Source: Octopus vulgaris
Lineage: Eukaryota
NCBI GenBank assembly: GCA_951406725.2
Contig: OX597815.1
Span: forward strand, 64,728,001-64,792,000
Direction of reading: 5' to 3'
Length of the DNA stretch: 64,000 bases
The position numbers and the translations under genes are program-made. Below the pieces are notes generated by a model. It was not told the origin of the DNA and ran no database searches. It saw only the letters and a list, made by a program, of their open reading frames with translations. Shown here piece by piece: positions 12,113 through 26,200 of this stretch; position 1 is the stretch's first letter, and every line of letters begins with the position of its first letter.

Positions 12113-12150
<38 letters not shown>

Positions 12151-12202
12151 CAAACATATATATATATGACTATATATATAGATACATACATACTTATACA
12201 CC

Positions 12203-12240
<38 letters not shown>

Positions 12241-12350
12241 CATACATACACATATATGTCTGTATGCGTATATACATACACATGCATGCCTAAAGTATTT
12301 ATGTATAGACACTTATAAATAGAGAAACGGATCGATCGATCGATCGAACA

Positions 12351-12429
<79 letters not shown>

Positions 12430-13100
12430 GATATACATACCGATATACACATAGATACACAATGACACCCGACCACTTCACAGACACAAACAGTTATGAT
12501 TATACACACACCCATACACACACACGCTGACACTTCCTACATATACTCGACGACAGATGAGATCATTTCGTCAAGTCCGTGTGTTGTTTTTTATCGTCGA
12601 TTTGACCAACAATCCCCTATTGATGACGACACACAGACATTCCAAACAAACCACCGAAAGATTGCAAAATGGCGCTTCTTTTGATCAGTTTAATCTTTTC
12701 AACGAGCTTTTGATCAGGCGACCGTGTATTAAAATTAGGTCAAACGGAAGATACCCAGTCACCTATAAGAATAGTCGTAGCTAAGGATATAAAACAACGG
12801 TACTGGTGGTGGTGATGGTGGTGGTGGAGGTGGTGGTAGTGGTGGTGGTGGTGGTGGTGGTGGTGGTGGTGGTGGTGGTGGTGGTTTGGGTGGCGGCGGC
12901 GGCAGAGGTGGTGACTTTGGTGATATTAGTGGTAGTGTTGATCTTAGAAGATTTGACGGTTGAAGTGACAATGGTCGTGGTATCAAGTGGTGCTCAATGA
13001 TAGCGGAATGCAGAGGAGGGTGAAGAAGGTTTTGGTAACTTTTTGGCGAAGATAAAACGACTTTAGAATTTGCTTCTATCCTGCTGCTGCTGCTGCTGCG

Positions 13101-13133
<33 letters not shown>

Positions 13134-13366
13134 GTTGCTGCTACTACGACTGCTGCCATTGTCGTTGCCGATGCCGTCGTCACCGTCGTCGTTGCTGTTT
13201 AGTCCCAAGTCGGCTCTGATTGTGTAAACCCTTATGATTGAAAGTATTCCAACCGTGACCATTCCGTCATGTTTTATAGTCTCAGAGACCGAAAAAATGC
13301 CACCAACCCCACCTACATCTGCAAAAACAGTGAACTCTAGCCAAATTTTCTCCCTCTTTCCCTCTT

Positions 13367-13404
<38 letters not shown>

Positions 13405-16400
13405 ACACACACACACCCTCTTAAGTAATGCGATGACAATACAAGGATTGCCTCCATATAACTTAAAACCTTTTACAATAGCATAACTAATAGGGGTGGC
13501 GAGGGGGAATTTTGCCCCGGGCGACGCTTTCATAGTTGGCAAGACTTTTGAGTCTGTTGAATAAGCTTGTATAGGTTGTGGAGCCTAAAGGAGGGGGAAC
13601 TCAAGGGCTGCCACAGGCGTCACTGCCTTCCTTTGTTAAACATAATTTGTTCCCTTTTCCTTCCTGGCAGCTACCACCACGATCACTATCCTTCTAACAA
13701 ATACTGATATAACGCGTGATTTTCTACGACGGTAGGATGCGAATTATGGTGATTCACCTGGTATTTCTAGCAGGTTGATCAACTACATAGAGGCTTCAAT
13801 GTTGATTTATTTTATAAGGCGAAACAACAAAACAATTACGCAGAAAACAACGTTAGAATTAATCTCAGAAATAATCAAATTCCATTATTTCAGAATTTTA
13901 GAAAAAAAAACTAAGTAGTTTTTTTTTACCATTATAGGCGTCGACATGGCTGTGTAGTTAAGAAACTCGCTTTCCAACCACATGATTTCTGTTTCTGTCC
14001 CAACGCGCAGCACCTTGAGCAAATATCCTGGACACAGTAGACTACTGGTAAACATGGGCAAAAAAATCAAGTCTTCCAAATGAGTAAGTGTTTAGACTTA
14101 CTAGAAACAAAAACAAAAATTTACAAAGTTGCTATTCGGCAAAAAAAAAACACGCTTATATCATTATCCAATAATTTTTTACGAATTTTCAAATTTAATT
14201 AAAAGCGGAAAAGTTTCATTCGAAAATGAGTAAAAAATTTATTGAGAGCACAGGAAAAAATATGTAGTTAATAATTCAATACTTGTAGCTTAGAAAAGGA
14301 CAATTTTGGTGTTTTAGGTAGATTCCTTAGATTATAAGACTTGTTGATGGTTTTGTTGGGTTTTTTTTTTTTTTGAGAATTTGTTGGAGAATTCTGCTGT
14401 AAAATCAGGAAAGTTAGGCATTTTTAGGAATAATATTTAATCGCGAACATCAATTTACCTTGCAAACCGGGTAAATACCAGTACTAAACTAAATATTCTG
14501 TAAGATCATAGTGGAAGCTTTCAGAAAAAGATAAATTTTAATATTAGGACTCTTCTGATTTTAAAGGCAAATTTAAAAGACAAAATTTAAAAGACAAAAT
14601 TTTAAAGACAAATGTGACAAAATTTAGCTTGCGACTAGAACATTTCAGAATTCCAAAAGAATTTATTTGGGATTTAATATCTCAAAAACTTGAAACGATT
14701 CAGCCATTGCTGAACTTATATATTTAACCTATGATAAATGTGCTAAAATACATCCATTTTAAAATCTCCTGGAACCAAAAGAACAATGCTTAATGGAACC
14801 TAAGACCTTATGAAAGATACAACACATAACAAGATTTTATCTACCGGTTTGCATCCCTAAATTTAAATTTAAAAAATTCACAAACGAACTCCCAAAACCC
14901 AGACTAGATGGATATCGTATATAATTCTCCTGCCAGGTAAGTAGGAACAAGGTTTGTATGAAGCAATGACTTAAATCAAGAAAGCAGTTTTGCATGTAGG
15001 ATATATCCAATCTGACTTAAATATTTGTCTTGCAACAACAAAATTTAACATTCCTTGATATGTACCAACAAAATGCTTATATTTTAGAAAAATACCTCAC
15101 ATACCCGACAAAAATATCCAGCGAGAAAAATCATTGAGTTCAGCAATGACACTATAATAATGACACAAATGTTAAACAAGATCTCTTTGTCATCAATTTG
15201 AGTTCCTGTCATATTTCTATTGCAATCACAGGTCGAATGTCCTTGTATAACGACATTTTTTGCAGTAAGGTCGTCATTTTCTCTTTTTCTCAATAACTTC
15301 AGGATTACTGGAAACTCACAATCTGCTTGTTGTGTCAACATAGCGCTTTGAGGTATATTGTATGCTAGATTGGTTCGAAGATCGTTTCATTTTATGACAG
15401 CCTTTCAGCCCCGAGTCATCAGGAGACCCAAGCCCCAAACCACCATTTAGTCCAATTATTTCCCTTGGGTAAATTGGTGTAATACTGATTCATGTTGGGC
15501 TCTGGAGGTATTTATTTGTTATTTTATGGAATAAGTCGATAAATAGATAGGTAATTTCAAACGTTTGATATTGTTCTGCATTTACACTTTCCTTCAAAAA
15601 AATACATATAATAAATGACAGATGTTGCATATACTTTGCAAAGATAGTTTTCCAAAATTTATTTTCAATATATAAATGGTGGTGGTCACGGTGAAATATT
15701 TTCCTGAAAGTGTTTCTTTGTTTTGTAATTGCTATTTTTCACATGCTGTCAGTTTCGTCCCACTTTATGTTGCAGTTTTTTCAAAAGTATATTGTTGCAG
15801 TTTTTGCTTTTCAGCTTTCAGAAATGGGAGATTTCAACTTCCTTTTTCTTCTGACTAATCGAAGGATCCAGCACTGTAATGTTTTCACCACCGGACAACT
15901 TTTTCCCTGCTGATCTAGCGACACTACTGTCACAACATGTTGGCTGCAATCGTAATAACCTAGATCCATCAATTTGTTCATTCATTGCCACGTATTTTAC
16001 ATTATCAAACAGTTTATCTGTGTGATTCAGTTGTTTCCTTCCCAACGATTCGGGTGATTTTCGTGCTTTACAGTTATGTTTTTCTTCGGTTAGAAACCCC
16101 TTGTAAGGAATTTCAAATCCAACATCATAATTATTGGATTTTATTTATTTATTTATTTATTTATTTTACTCTTTTACTTGTTTCAGTCATTTGACTGTGG
16201 TCATGTTGGAGCACCGCCTTTAGTCGAGCAAATCGACCCCAGGACTTATTCTTTGTAAGCCTAGTACTTTTTTTCTATCGGTCTCTTTTGCCGAACCGCT
16301 AAGTTACGGGGACGTAAACACACCAGCATCGGTTGTCAAGCGATATTGTTCATCATTACACACATAATTCAGTTTTCTTTGTTTACTTGTAAACCACTTG

Positions 16401-19130
16401 TCTTTATTTAATTTTAATGTCTTGAAGGAAGTTTTTACAGTTATTTTTTTTTTCATCAAGTACACAACCACGTTCCTTCTCCGCTAACTCAGCTGCAATA
16501 GAGATTGAAAAGCAATTTATGAAGATCATTGTAATTTCCATTTTAAACGCAAATAAACTTACTTGATTCCAAATCAACAATTTAAGTCAAACTATTTAAT
16601 GCTACATTACCAAACTTTATTCTCTGAAAACAGAAGAAAAGATCATTTGTGATTAACATTCAAAATGCATGTGAAGCTAGTCTATTTCTAAATTCCATTC
16701 AATAATAAAGTACAAATAAATCCATTTGCCGGCTTTCTAAATAGATTACTAATTAGCACCCTTACGGTGCTTATCAGTCTTTTACACATTATCGAAACAA
16801 TTATAATCTTAATCCTATTCAGTCCTTAATGAAGATGCAACCGTGTACGGCTCAAAGTGGACATGATTTTATACCAAGTTCAACCTAAAAATATAATGTG
16901 ACTACTGAAATTTATTTAAAACAATTGTTGCTGTCTTTAATCTACATCTTGACACCTGGCATAAAATCATCATAAGCGAAAATGAAAATCATGTATAGAG
17001 CTCAAAAGCGTAACCCAACCGCTATGCTACCAAGCGACACGTCGATATTTGCTCTTATGCAACACAGTGTGACTTGATGATTTGAGTTCTCTGTTGTGTT
17101 TTGCAGTACCTTATAGATGTTGCACTTCATACATACCTGTCTGTACGATGTTACAATGCAATAAAATGTCTTAAGGAAATGATTCTAGAGATACTGTATA
17201 ATCCATTCATTTGTTGTCGTTGATGTTGTTGCTATTGTTACTTACTTGTTTTTGTTTTGTTTTGTTTTGTTTTGTTATTTTATACCACACTGTTATTTTA
17301 CACCTTGGGGATTCTTGAAGTTGCAGATTACCAAACACCAACGGACTTCTTAAATTGTTAACCTGCTGATTTTGTGTTTTGTCGCGTGGCCGTTAATGTA
17401 GTGCGCTTCATTTTCATATGTCTTAATCTTAAATTATCATCATCAAGCAATGTGTGTGTGTGTGCGTGCGTGCGTGTGTATATTTGTACATGTAAATGTT
17501 GCCTGTGTGTATGTATGTATCTGTGTGTGTATGTCTGTGTGTGTGTGTATGTTTGTATGTGTGTCTCTGTGTGTGGGGGGTTGTGTTTGCCTTTTGTGTT
17601 TGCCCCCCACTACCATCGCTTGACAACCAGTGTTAATTTGCTTACATCCCCGAAACTCAAGAGTTCCATAAAAGAGATCGATAGAATAAGTACAAGATTT
17701 AATAATAAAAACTGGATTTGATTTGTTCGACTAACCCCATCAAGACTGTCCCCCTGAATTGGCCACAGTCTACTAATTGAAACAAGATAAAACATTACAA
17801 AAATTCACGAATGTCGATAGTCTCTTCCTGGGATTCTCATCGTTTGGATTCATGGTGCACCAGGAATTAAATAGAATAACTATTGGTGCGTATTTCAATG
17901 ATTTTAGTCAGGGAAGGAGATAGTGGGTCATGACCCTATCCGAGTCTAGTGAGTGCGGACCGAGGGAAGGTATCCTCAAAGTGCAGACCTGGAATGAGAG
18001 CTTGCAGCAAAGTGGACCCACCAAAGGTACCTAAGAGGCCAGGTGATAATGTTAAACAGGGCAACGAATTAAGTATATGTAGGCCACACTTGGATTTGAA
18101 ATCAGAATTGGAATAAATGCCGCAAGTCTGGTGTTCTTATAATCCCACCAAATCACAGCTCTGGACTAGTACTTTTCTTTTCTTTTTTTTTTCGATTCCA
18201 AAGAGATGTCTTCGGTAGGTTTTGAAATCAGTGTCAGAACAAACATTTCGAAGTGTTGTATCCGACACTCTAGTGACTCAGTCAATTAGCTGCCAGCGAG
18301 AAAAGGTTTACTTTTACCTCTTTTTTCCTTTTTTTTTTTTTTTGTTCTTTAAAACATTATGTTTGAAAGTTAAGGAATTAAAACAATTAGTTGAAAAATT
18401 AATTATTGTGTATTTCGTTTCATTAATTTATTAATCTTACTTAATATTAACCATAAATTATGATAGTTTAGATTTGCTCACCATCTTAAATTGTATCTTT
18501 AAAGGCCTGCAGCACACCATAATATCTCTTGCGGTACACTTCCATACACCTTGTGGAATATCATTTTAAAATCACTGGTCCTATTCTGTTCTAAATGTCG
18601 AACTTCGCTACTGTAGGACTGTAGACTGCAACAATAATAGTCAAACATAGGTGTTTTTCAATGCAAAATAGCATTCCATTTGTTACGAAAATAGTCAAAA
18701 CACCATTTTCTATCCTGCAACGAAAATAGCAGAGCATAAACGTTGTACGCGAGTACAGAAATAAACGAACATCTGTATTGTACCTTCATCCGGAAATAAC
18801 TGAACGCCATGTTTTAAAAAATGGAGGCGTTTGGAGTGGTAGACATAGATCGTCATATGCTGTACTGTCTAGTGTTTAGTTTCAGAGATTCATTCCTCAA
18901 ATTTCTCAATTAAAATCATATACGAATTGACTTCACTTTTCCTGTCCCTAGGATCGATAAAATAGTACTAACAAGTACCGGTGATCGATTTGTTCCCCAC
19001 TACCGTCATCCAACCATAGAATATTTGTATATTTGAGTCAATATGAAAACTTATTATTTCTGAGCTGAAAATAATACTATAGAAATGTGGACAAATGCTG
19101 TTGCGTAGAATACACACACACACACAGACA

Positions 19131-19186
<56 letters not shown>

Positions 19187-19492
19187 GGTGTGTATGTGTG
19201 TATTTGTGTATGTGTGTGTTTGTGTGAATTTACTTATATATATTATAAATTTTATATAATATATAATACGTATATTATATATATGTATCTATATATATAC
19301 ATATATATATATATATTATATATTTATATTTATGTTTATGTTTATATATTTATATTTACATAATATATATATGTATATATATGCATACGTATATATATCT
19401 AATATGGATACATCCTTATATAGATAGAAAAACAGACGTATAAATATGTAGATATGTAAAAAAATATAAATATATAAACATATATATACGAT

Positions 19493-19542
<50 letters not shown>

Positions 19543-19678
19543 GTACATACATATATGTATGTAATATATGCATATATACATACACACACATATAATTTGT
19601 ATGTATGTGTATGTATATATACATATAAATAGATAGATTTATAAAGTATTCAGACACACGTTTATGTGTGTGTGTGTA

Positions 19679-19726
<48 letters not shown>

Positions 19727-20987
19727 TGTGTGTGTGTGTGTGCGTGCATGTCTACCTGTCTGTCGGTGTAAATATGTAACCGTGAGACTGTACCTAAAAT
19801 ATTTCTACAGTTCCAAACATAAAATCTCAAAGACTGGTCAGGTGGTAGACAAGTTTCTTCTCATTTTGATTTTAGTAGACTTGCGTAACTCTGAAACTAC
19901 TGCTTTGTCATTTCTAAATGACATTCTTACATTTAGTTAGAGGGCGATAGATTGACTGAATCATTGGGGCATTGGGTAAAACGCCTAACAGTATATCTCC
20001 CGGCTATTCTGAGTTCAAATCTTGAGAAAGTCATCTTTTCAGAGTTGATAAAATAAAGTACCAGTAAAGTATTGGGATCCATATAATCGACTAATCTAAC
20101 ACCTCACCTCAACCCCACTTTTCACCTTACTTCTATGTTGGAGAAAAATTACTTTATTTAGTAAGATCGCTAATGGTACTCATGATTTTATTTGTTTTGT
20201 TTTTCGAGTGTTTTTTTTATATATTTTTATATAGGCGTAGGTGTGGCTGTGTTGTAAAAAGCTTGCTTCCCAACCACATGATACCAGGTTCAGTCCCTTT
20301 TCGTGGTACTTTGGGCAAGTGTCTTCTACTATAGCCTCAGGCTGACCAAGGACTTGTGAGCGGATATGGTAGAGACAAAACAGAAGGAAGCCCGTCACAC
20401 ACACGGATGTGTGTGTGTGAGAGAGAGAGGGAGAGAGAGAAGCTATAGTGATCACTCACTGTCGTCGGCAGATCATCAGACACTGGTGTTTTGATTTGAT
20501 TTAGCATCCTCATTGACAGGCACCGTCGTTTACTCTGACCTACTGTGGAATTTACCTTCCAATATGAAGCTGTTTAAAGTGCGCATATTAATTTAATTTC
20601 AGCTTGATCACATTTCGTACAAATTTGCGAATTTTTTTCTGGTATCTATATTGAAAAGAAAGTTCCAACTTGGTTGAGAATGACCGCGGATATATACAAG
20701 TATGAAGGAGGCGACCTGGCAGAATCGTTAGCACGCCGGGCGAAATACTTTGTGGCATTTCGTCTGTCTTCGTATTCTGGTCTCAAAAGCCGCCGGGTTC
20801 AACTTCGCCATTCATTCTCTCAGATCGATAAAATAAGTACCAGTTGAATACTGGGGTCAATGTAATTCTTTTTCCTCTCCCACCTAAATTTCAGTCCTCA
20901 AGTCTGTAGTAGAGAGGATATATACATATACATAAATATGTATATGCAAATGTATTGTAAATGTGAGTGTATGTTTGTTTGTATTAT

Positions 20988-21064
<77 letters not shown>

Positions 21065-21147
21065 TAGATAGATAGAGAGAAAGAGAGAGATTTGTAGATA
21101 CTCACATATATATATATATACATATAAGAGAGAGGGTACGTACGCCG

Positions 21148-21195
<48 letters not shown>

Positions 21196-21437
21196 GTATG
21201 TATAAAAATATAAACTGGGACAAGAACGCAAAACATTTAGGAGACGATACAAAAAACACGGACGGGACATTTGAAGCCTTCAATCTTCAGCCAAGAACCG
21301 GATCATCCTCACAATTTTGACTGATTAATCTCAAGATTGCTCCAATCTGGCCAGCCCCAAGGAAAAACTAAGCTAAGCGCATTAGATTCCTTGGAAGAAA
21401 GCTTCGAATGTATACAAAACAAGAACGGAAAAACGGA

Positions 21438-21514
<77 letters not shown>

Positions 21515-21799
21515 TGTGTTTTACATATATGTGCAATCATATGCAAACGTATATATGTGCATATTTGAATGTGCACATTTGCGTATTTATATATATATAT
21601 GTATATAATGTATATATGTATATGTATATATGTATATATATATATATATGATGTATATATATATAATGTATATACATATGTATATGTATATATATATTTA
21701 TATATTATATATATGTATATATATACATGTATGTAGGTATGTATATGTATATATTTCTGCACATACACTATGTATTTGTGTATCTTCATGTGAGTTTTA

Positions 21800-23271
<1,472 letters not shown>

Positions 23272-23370
23272 TAATCCAAACATGAAAACACAAAGAGAAA
23301 ACACAACAACGCGAGGACGTGGAACAAATATAGTATTATTGGACGCTCAGGAAGGAAGGGAAGAAGGAGG

Positions 23371-23405
23371 GTTTTACGTTTCGAGCGGAGCTCTTCGTCA
23401 GAAAC
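23371..23405 (-). ncRNA. Minimal type I hammerhead ribozyme (Penelope-like terminal fragment)
   Basis: Reverse complement reads GUUU-CUGACGA-A-GAGC-UCC-GCUC-GAAA-CG-UA^AAAC, with palindromic ACGU stem III. It lies in a ~205-bp island (23268-23474) between (TA)n runs. Confidence 0.7.
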
Positions 23406-23472
23406 ATAGGAAAAGGAAAGATCCAGAGAAGGGAAGACGGAGGAAAAAATCGCCAACGGTACACACGCGGTC

Positions 23473-23545
<73 letters not shown>

Positions 23546-23546
<1 letters not shown>

Positions 23547-24736
23547 CTTTATATATATAAAACTGAGAATGTGTGTCTGTATGTCTGTCTGTTTGTGTGT
23601 TTGCCTAAAACTTGAGAACTACACAACCAAATTCATTCAAATGTTACACATGTTTTACTTAGGCTCCGGTGAGTGTCATCGGCAAAAAAATGTTTAACTT
23701 TTTGCCTAGGGCGAGCCCACAGCAATATCATATCTTCTCCACTACGATTCCCTAAAACTTGAGAACTACACAACCAATTTCATTCAAATTTTACACATGC
23801 CTTACTTAGGGTCCATGTAGTTTCATGGACAAAAAAAATGTTCAACTTCTTGCCTAGAGCGAGCCCATAACAATATCATATCCACTATTTCAGTATTACG
23901 TGTTAAAAGTGAAACAAAAACATTTCTCTATTTTATGTCAGATACTTTCACTTTAACAATAAAAATAATAATAACAATTGAATTATATGTAGTAAGTAAT
24001 AATTAAAATCAAACTAAAGTATAATATAATCGTAACATAACAAAAGTAAAAATAGCAATTGGTATAAAATTGCATCAATGATTTGAACTTGAATAAGTGG
24101 TTTCACATGAATGGGAATAAATTAAAAATAAAATTAGCGTGCAGAAATGGAATAGTCCAGATGGATAATAAAAAATTAAATTAAAGAAAAGACTATTGTC
24201 CATAAAGTATACAATGTAGAGAAAAAAAAAGATTTGAACACAGGAGGAAAGCACCTTCGAAAAGTGTCTTGGTGCGACTATGAAAGATATCTAATCAGAG
24301 GCGGTAAATTCGCCACAGTAGAAGCAAGGTTCGAGTCAACGGAGCGTGCAAGGGAGTAATCGACTCGAACTTGCAAAGTGGAAATATTTTATTTTTACCT
24401 TTATACCTGGGACGTAGAACGTCGTCCCGGCAAAAATTTTTTTAATGCCCCCTTCCCCACCAGAAGTAGAGATATTCTGAATTGTAGCCACACTTCTATA
24501 CAAGAGGGAGGACAAGATACATTTGATCGCAATTACAAGAGACGGACTAACAATTCCAGTTTGTTATATATTTTGAGTATTGTTACCACTAGCGATATCA
24601 AGATATAACTTTGTATTTTGTATTTTATGTGTAGATGTATATATATAGATGTACATGTAATATGTACACATATATATATACACATATATACATGCACTAG
24701 CACTATGACCCGGCAACGACGGGTCTTTAATGCTAG
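23546..24736 (+). mobile_element. Putative non-autonomous Helitron-like element
   Basis: 5' A|TCTTTATATATATAAAA followed by a (CTGT)-like tract; internal 147-bp tandem duplication (23604/23751); 3' hairpin GACCCG-GCAACGA-CGGGTC then CTAG|T at 24733-24736. Pairing these two ends into one element is inferred. Confidence 0.55.
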
Positions 24737-24833
24737 TATATATATATATATACTATGCATGCATATATATCTGCACATGAGTGTGCATCTGTGCGCATAT
24801 GTATATATATATGTGCTTGTGTGCATATATAAC

Positions 24834-25115
24834 TGGCGCTCCGTCGACACGACGGCATGTATTCCAGTTGATCCGATCAACGGAACAGCCTGCTCGTGAA
24901 ATTAACCTGCAAGTGGCTCAGCACTCTACAGATATGCGTACCCTTAATGCAGTTCTCAAGGAGATTCAGCGTTGACACAGAACATGACAAGAGTGACCCT
25001 TTGAAATACAGGTACTACTCATTTTTGCCAGGTGAGTGGACTGGAGCAAGGTAAAATAGTCATGCTCAAATACATAACGTGTCACCGCGAATCGAATTCA
25101 CAACATTGTGATCGT
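24834..25115 (-). mobile_element. Probable further SINE family (tRNA-like head on the minus strand)
   Basis: Reverse complement near 25115 has a B-box-like GAATTCGATTCG followed by a GC-richer body ending at 24834. Confidence 0.45.
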
Positions 25116-25178
25116 AGTATATGTGTATAAATATGAGAATTTATGTATATAAAAATATATGTGCATATATGTATATGA

Positions 25179-25211
<33 letters not shown>

Positions 25212-25212
<1 letters not shown>

Positions 25213-26200
25213 GGGGATGCTATGAGTAAATTTTATATTTTTAATTTTGCGCATGCACATTGTCTGTTTTTGCTTTTGTCGACTATACAGTATAGTTGGA
25301 TTAGTTGGGCACCGTCTCTAAGGGAAGCAACACCATGATACAATTCACTCTGCCAGAAATTTGTGCAATAGGAAAAGATGGTGAACACACAGAACAGCCG
25401 AGAGTAATAAAAATCAAACGTCCAGTCAATATCATGGTGTATGGAGTGATTACTAGTGATGGCGACGTTACGCCTCCATTCACTTTCCCACATGGCCTCA
25501 CGCTCAACACGGAGGCCTACGTCAAGTGCCTAGAGGAGATAGTGCTGCTCTGGGTCAAGAGGGTGGTTGCTGGAAGATCCTACGTCTGGCAACAGGACTC
25601 TGCATCATGCACACAAGCAGGAGAACCCAGTCATGACTGTCAGACAATTTCTTCGACCACATCACCCCTAACATGTGGCCTCCTAACTCCCCAGACTGCA
25701 AGCCCCTTAATTATTATGTGTGGTGTGAAGTTGAGCGAGAGACCAACAAAACTCCTTGTAACACCAAAGATGAATTGAAGGCATGGATTATGGCAGCATT
25801 CATCAACTTAAACAAGGAGAGTGTCCAGAAGTGTTGCGGGAGATTCTGAAGGCTGTGGTTGTAGCCAATGGCGATTTTATTTAATAAATATTTTTATGTT
25901 ATAAGGCGGTGAGCTGGTAGAAACGTTAGCGCGAAATGCTTGGCGGTGTTTCGTCTGTCTTTACGTTCTAAGTTCAAATTCCGCCGAGGCCGACTTTACC
26001 TTTCATCCTTTCGAGATCGATAAATTAAGTACCAGTTGCGAACTGGGGTCGATCTAATCGATTGGCTCCTCCCCAAAAGTTTTGGGCCTTATGCCCAGAG
26101 TAGAAAATATATTTTTATGTAATTTTGGTAAATATATCTGTTAAAATCAGATGTCAGTGTTATTTTCATTTTTGCGTAATTTAGACAACTTATTCACCGC
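25212..26200 (+). pseudogene. Decayed Tc1/mariner (DD37D, maT-like) transposon
   Basis: MVYGVITSDG..YVWQQDSA then, after a frameshift near 25610, WPPNSPDCKPLNYYVW. There are 37 residues between the second D and the last catalytic position (now N). Degenerate terminal repeats lie next to TA. Confidence 0.75.
25904..26106 (+). mobile_element. tRNA-derived SINE family B inserted into the transposase relic
   Basis: AGGCGGTGAGCTGGTAGAAACGTTAGC..GTTCAAATTCCGCCGAGG..CGATAAATTAAGTACCAG; candidate TSD ATATTTTTATGT at 25888-25899 and 26109-26120. Related copies at ~19940-20100, 20709-20910, 48078-48228(-), 49505-49870, 54164-54370. Confidence 0.8.

Larger units (their letters stand above)
9331..12115. 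mobile_element. Array of ~360-bp hammerhead-containing units (putative non-LTR retrozyme), two arms in opposite orientation, flanked by (TA)n
   Basis: The + arm (10779-12115) is ~3.7 near-identical units with periods 360/360/361. The - arm copies lie at 9331-9904 (period 359) and 10575-10778. (TA)n abuts both outer ends. Each full unit contains a hammerhead core, and no credible protein is encoded. Confidence 0.85.

Noticed and set aside
10779-12115. Tandem snRNA, 5S or tRNA gene cluster, or CRISPR array
   Set aside because: No U1/U2/5S/tRNA sequence hallmarks were recognised, and whole units repeat without unique spacers in a eukaryotic context.
10913-12293. Repeated 68-128 aa ORFs (MTVSSLSGD.., MLSNRFSK.., MVGVLLL..) in the 360-bp units
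   Set aside because: They are short, mostly start at non-ATG codons, have no recognisable domain and are broken by 1-bp indels between copies. The unit is better explained as structured RNA.
14267-15000. Possible Penelope/GIY-YIG coding relic
   Set aside because: Too degenerate to recover diagnostic motifs by eye; a translated profile search would be needed.
21263-21292. Minus-strand GG-CUGAAGA-UU-GAAG-G-CUUC-AAA-UG-UC-CC
   Set aside because: G12 is missing and the stems are marginal; possibly a dead hammerhead, but not supportable.
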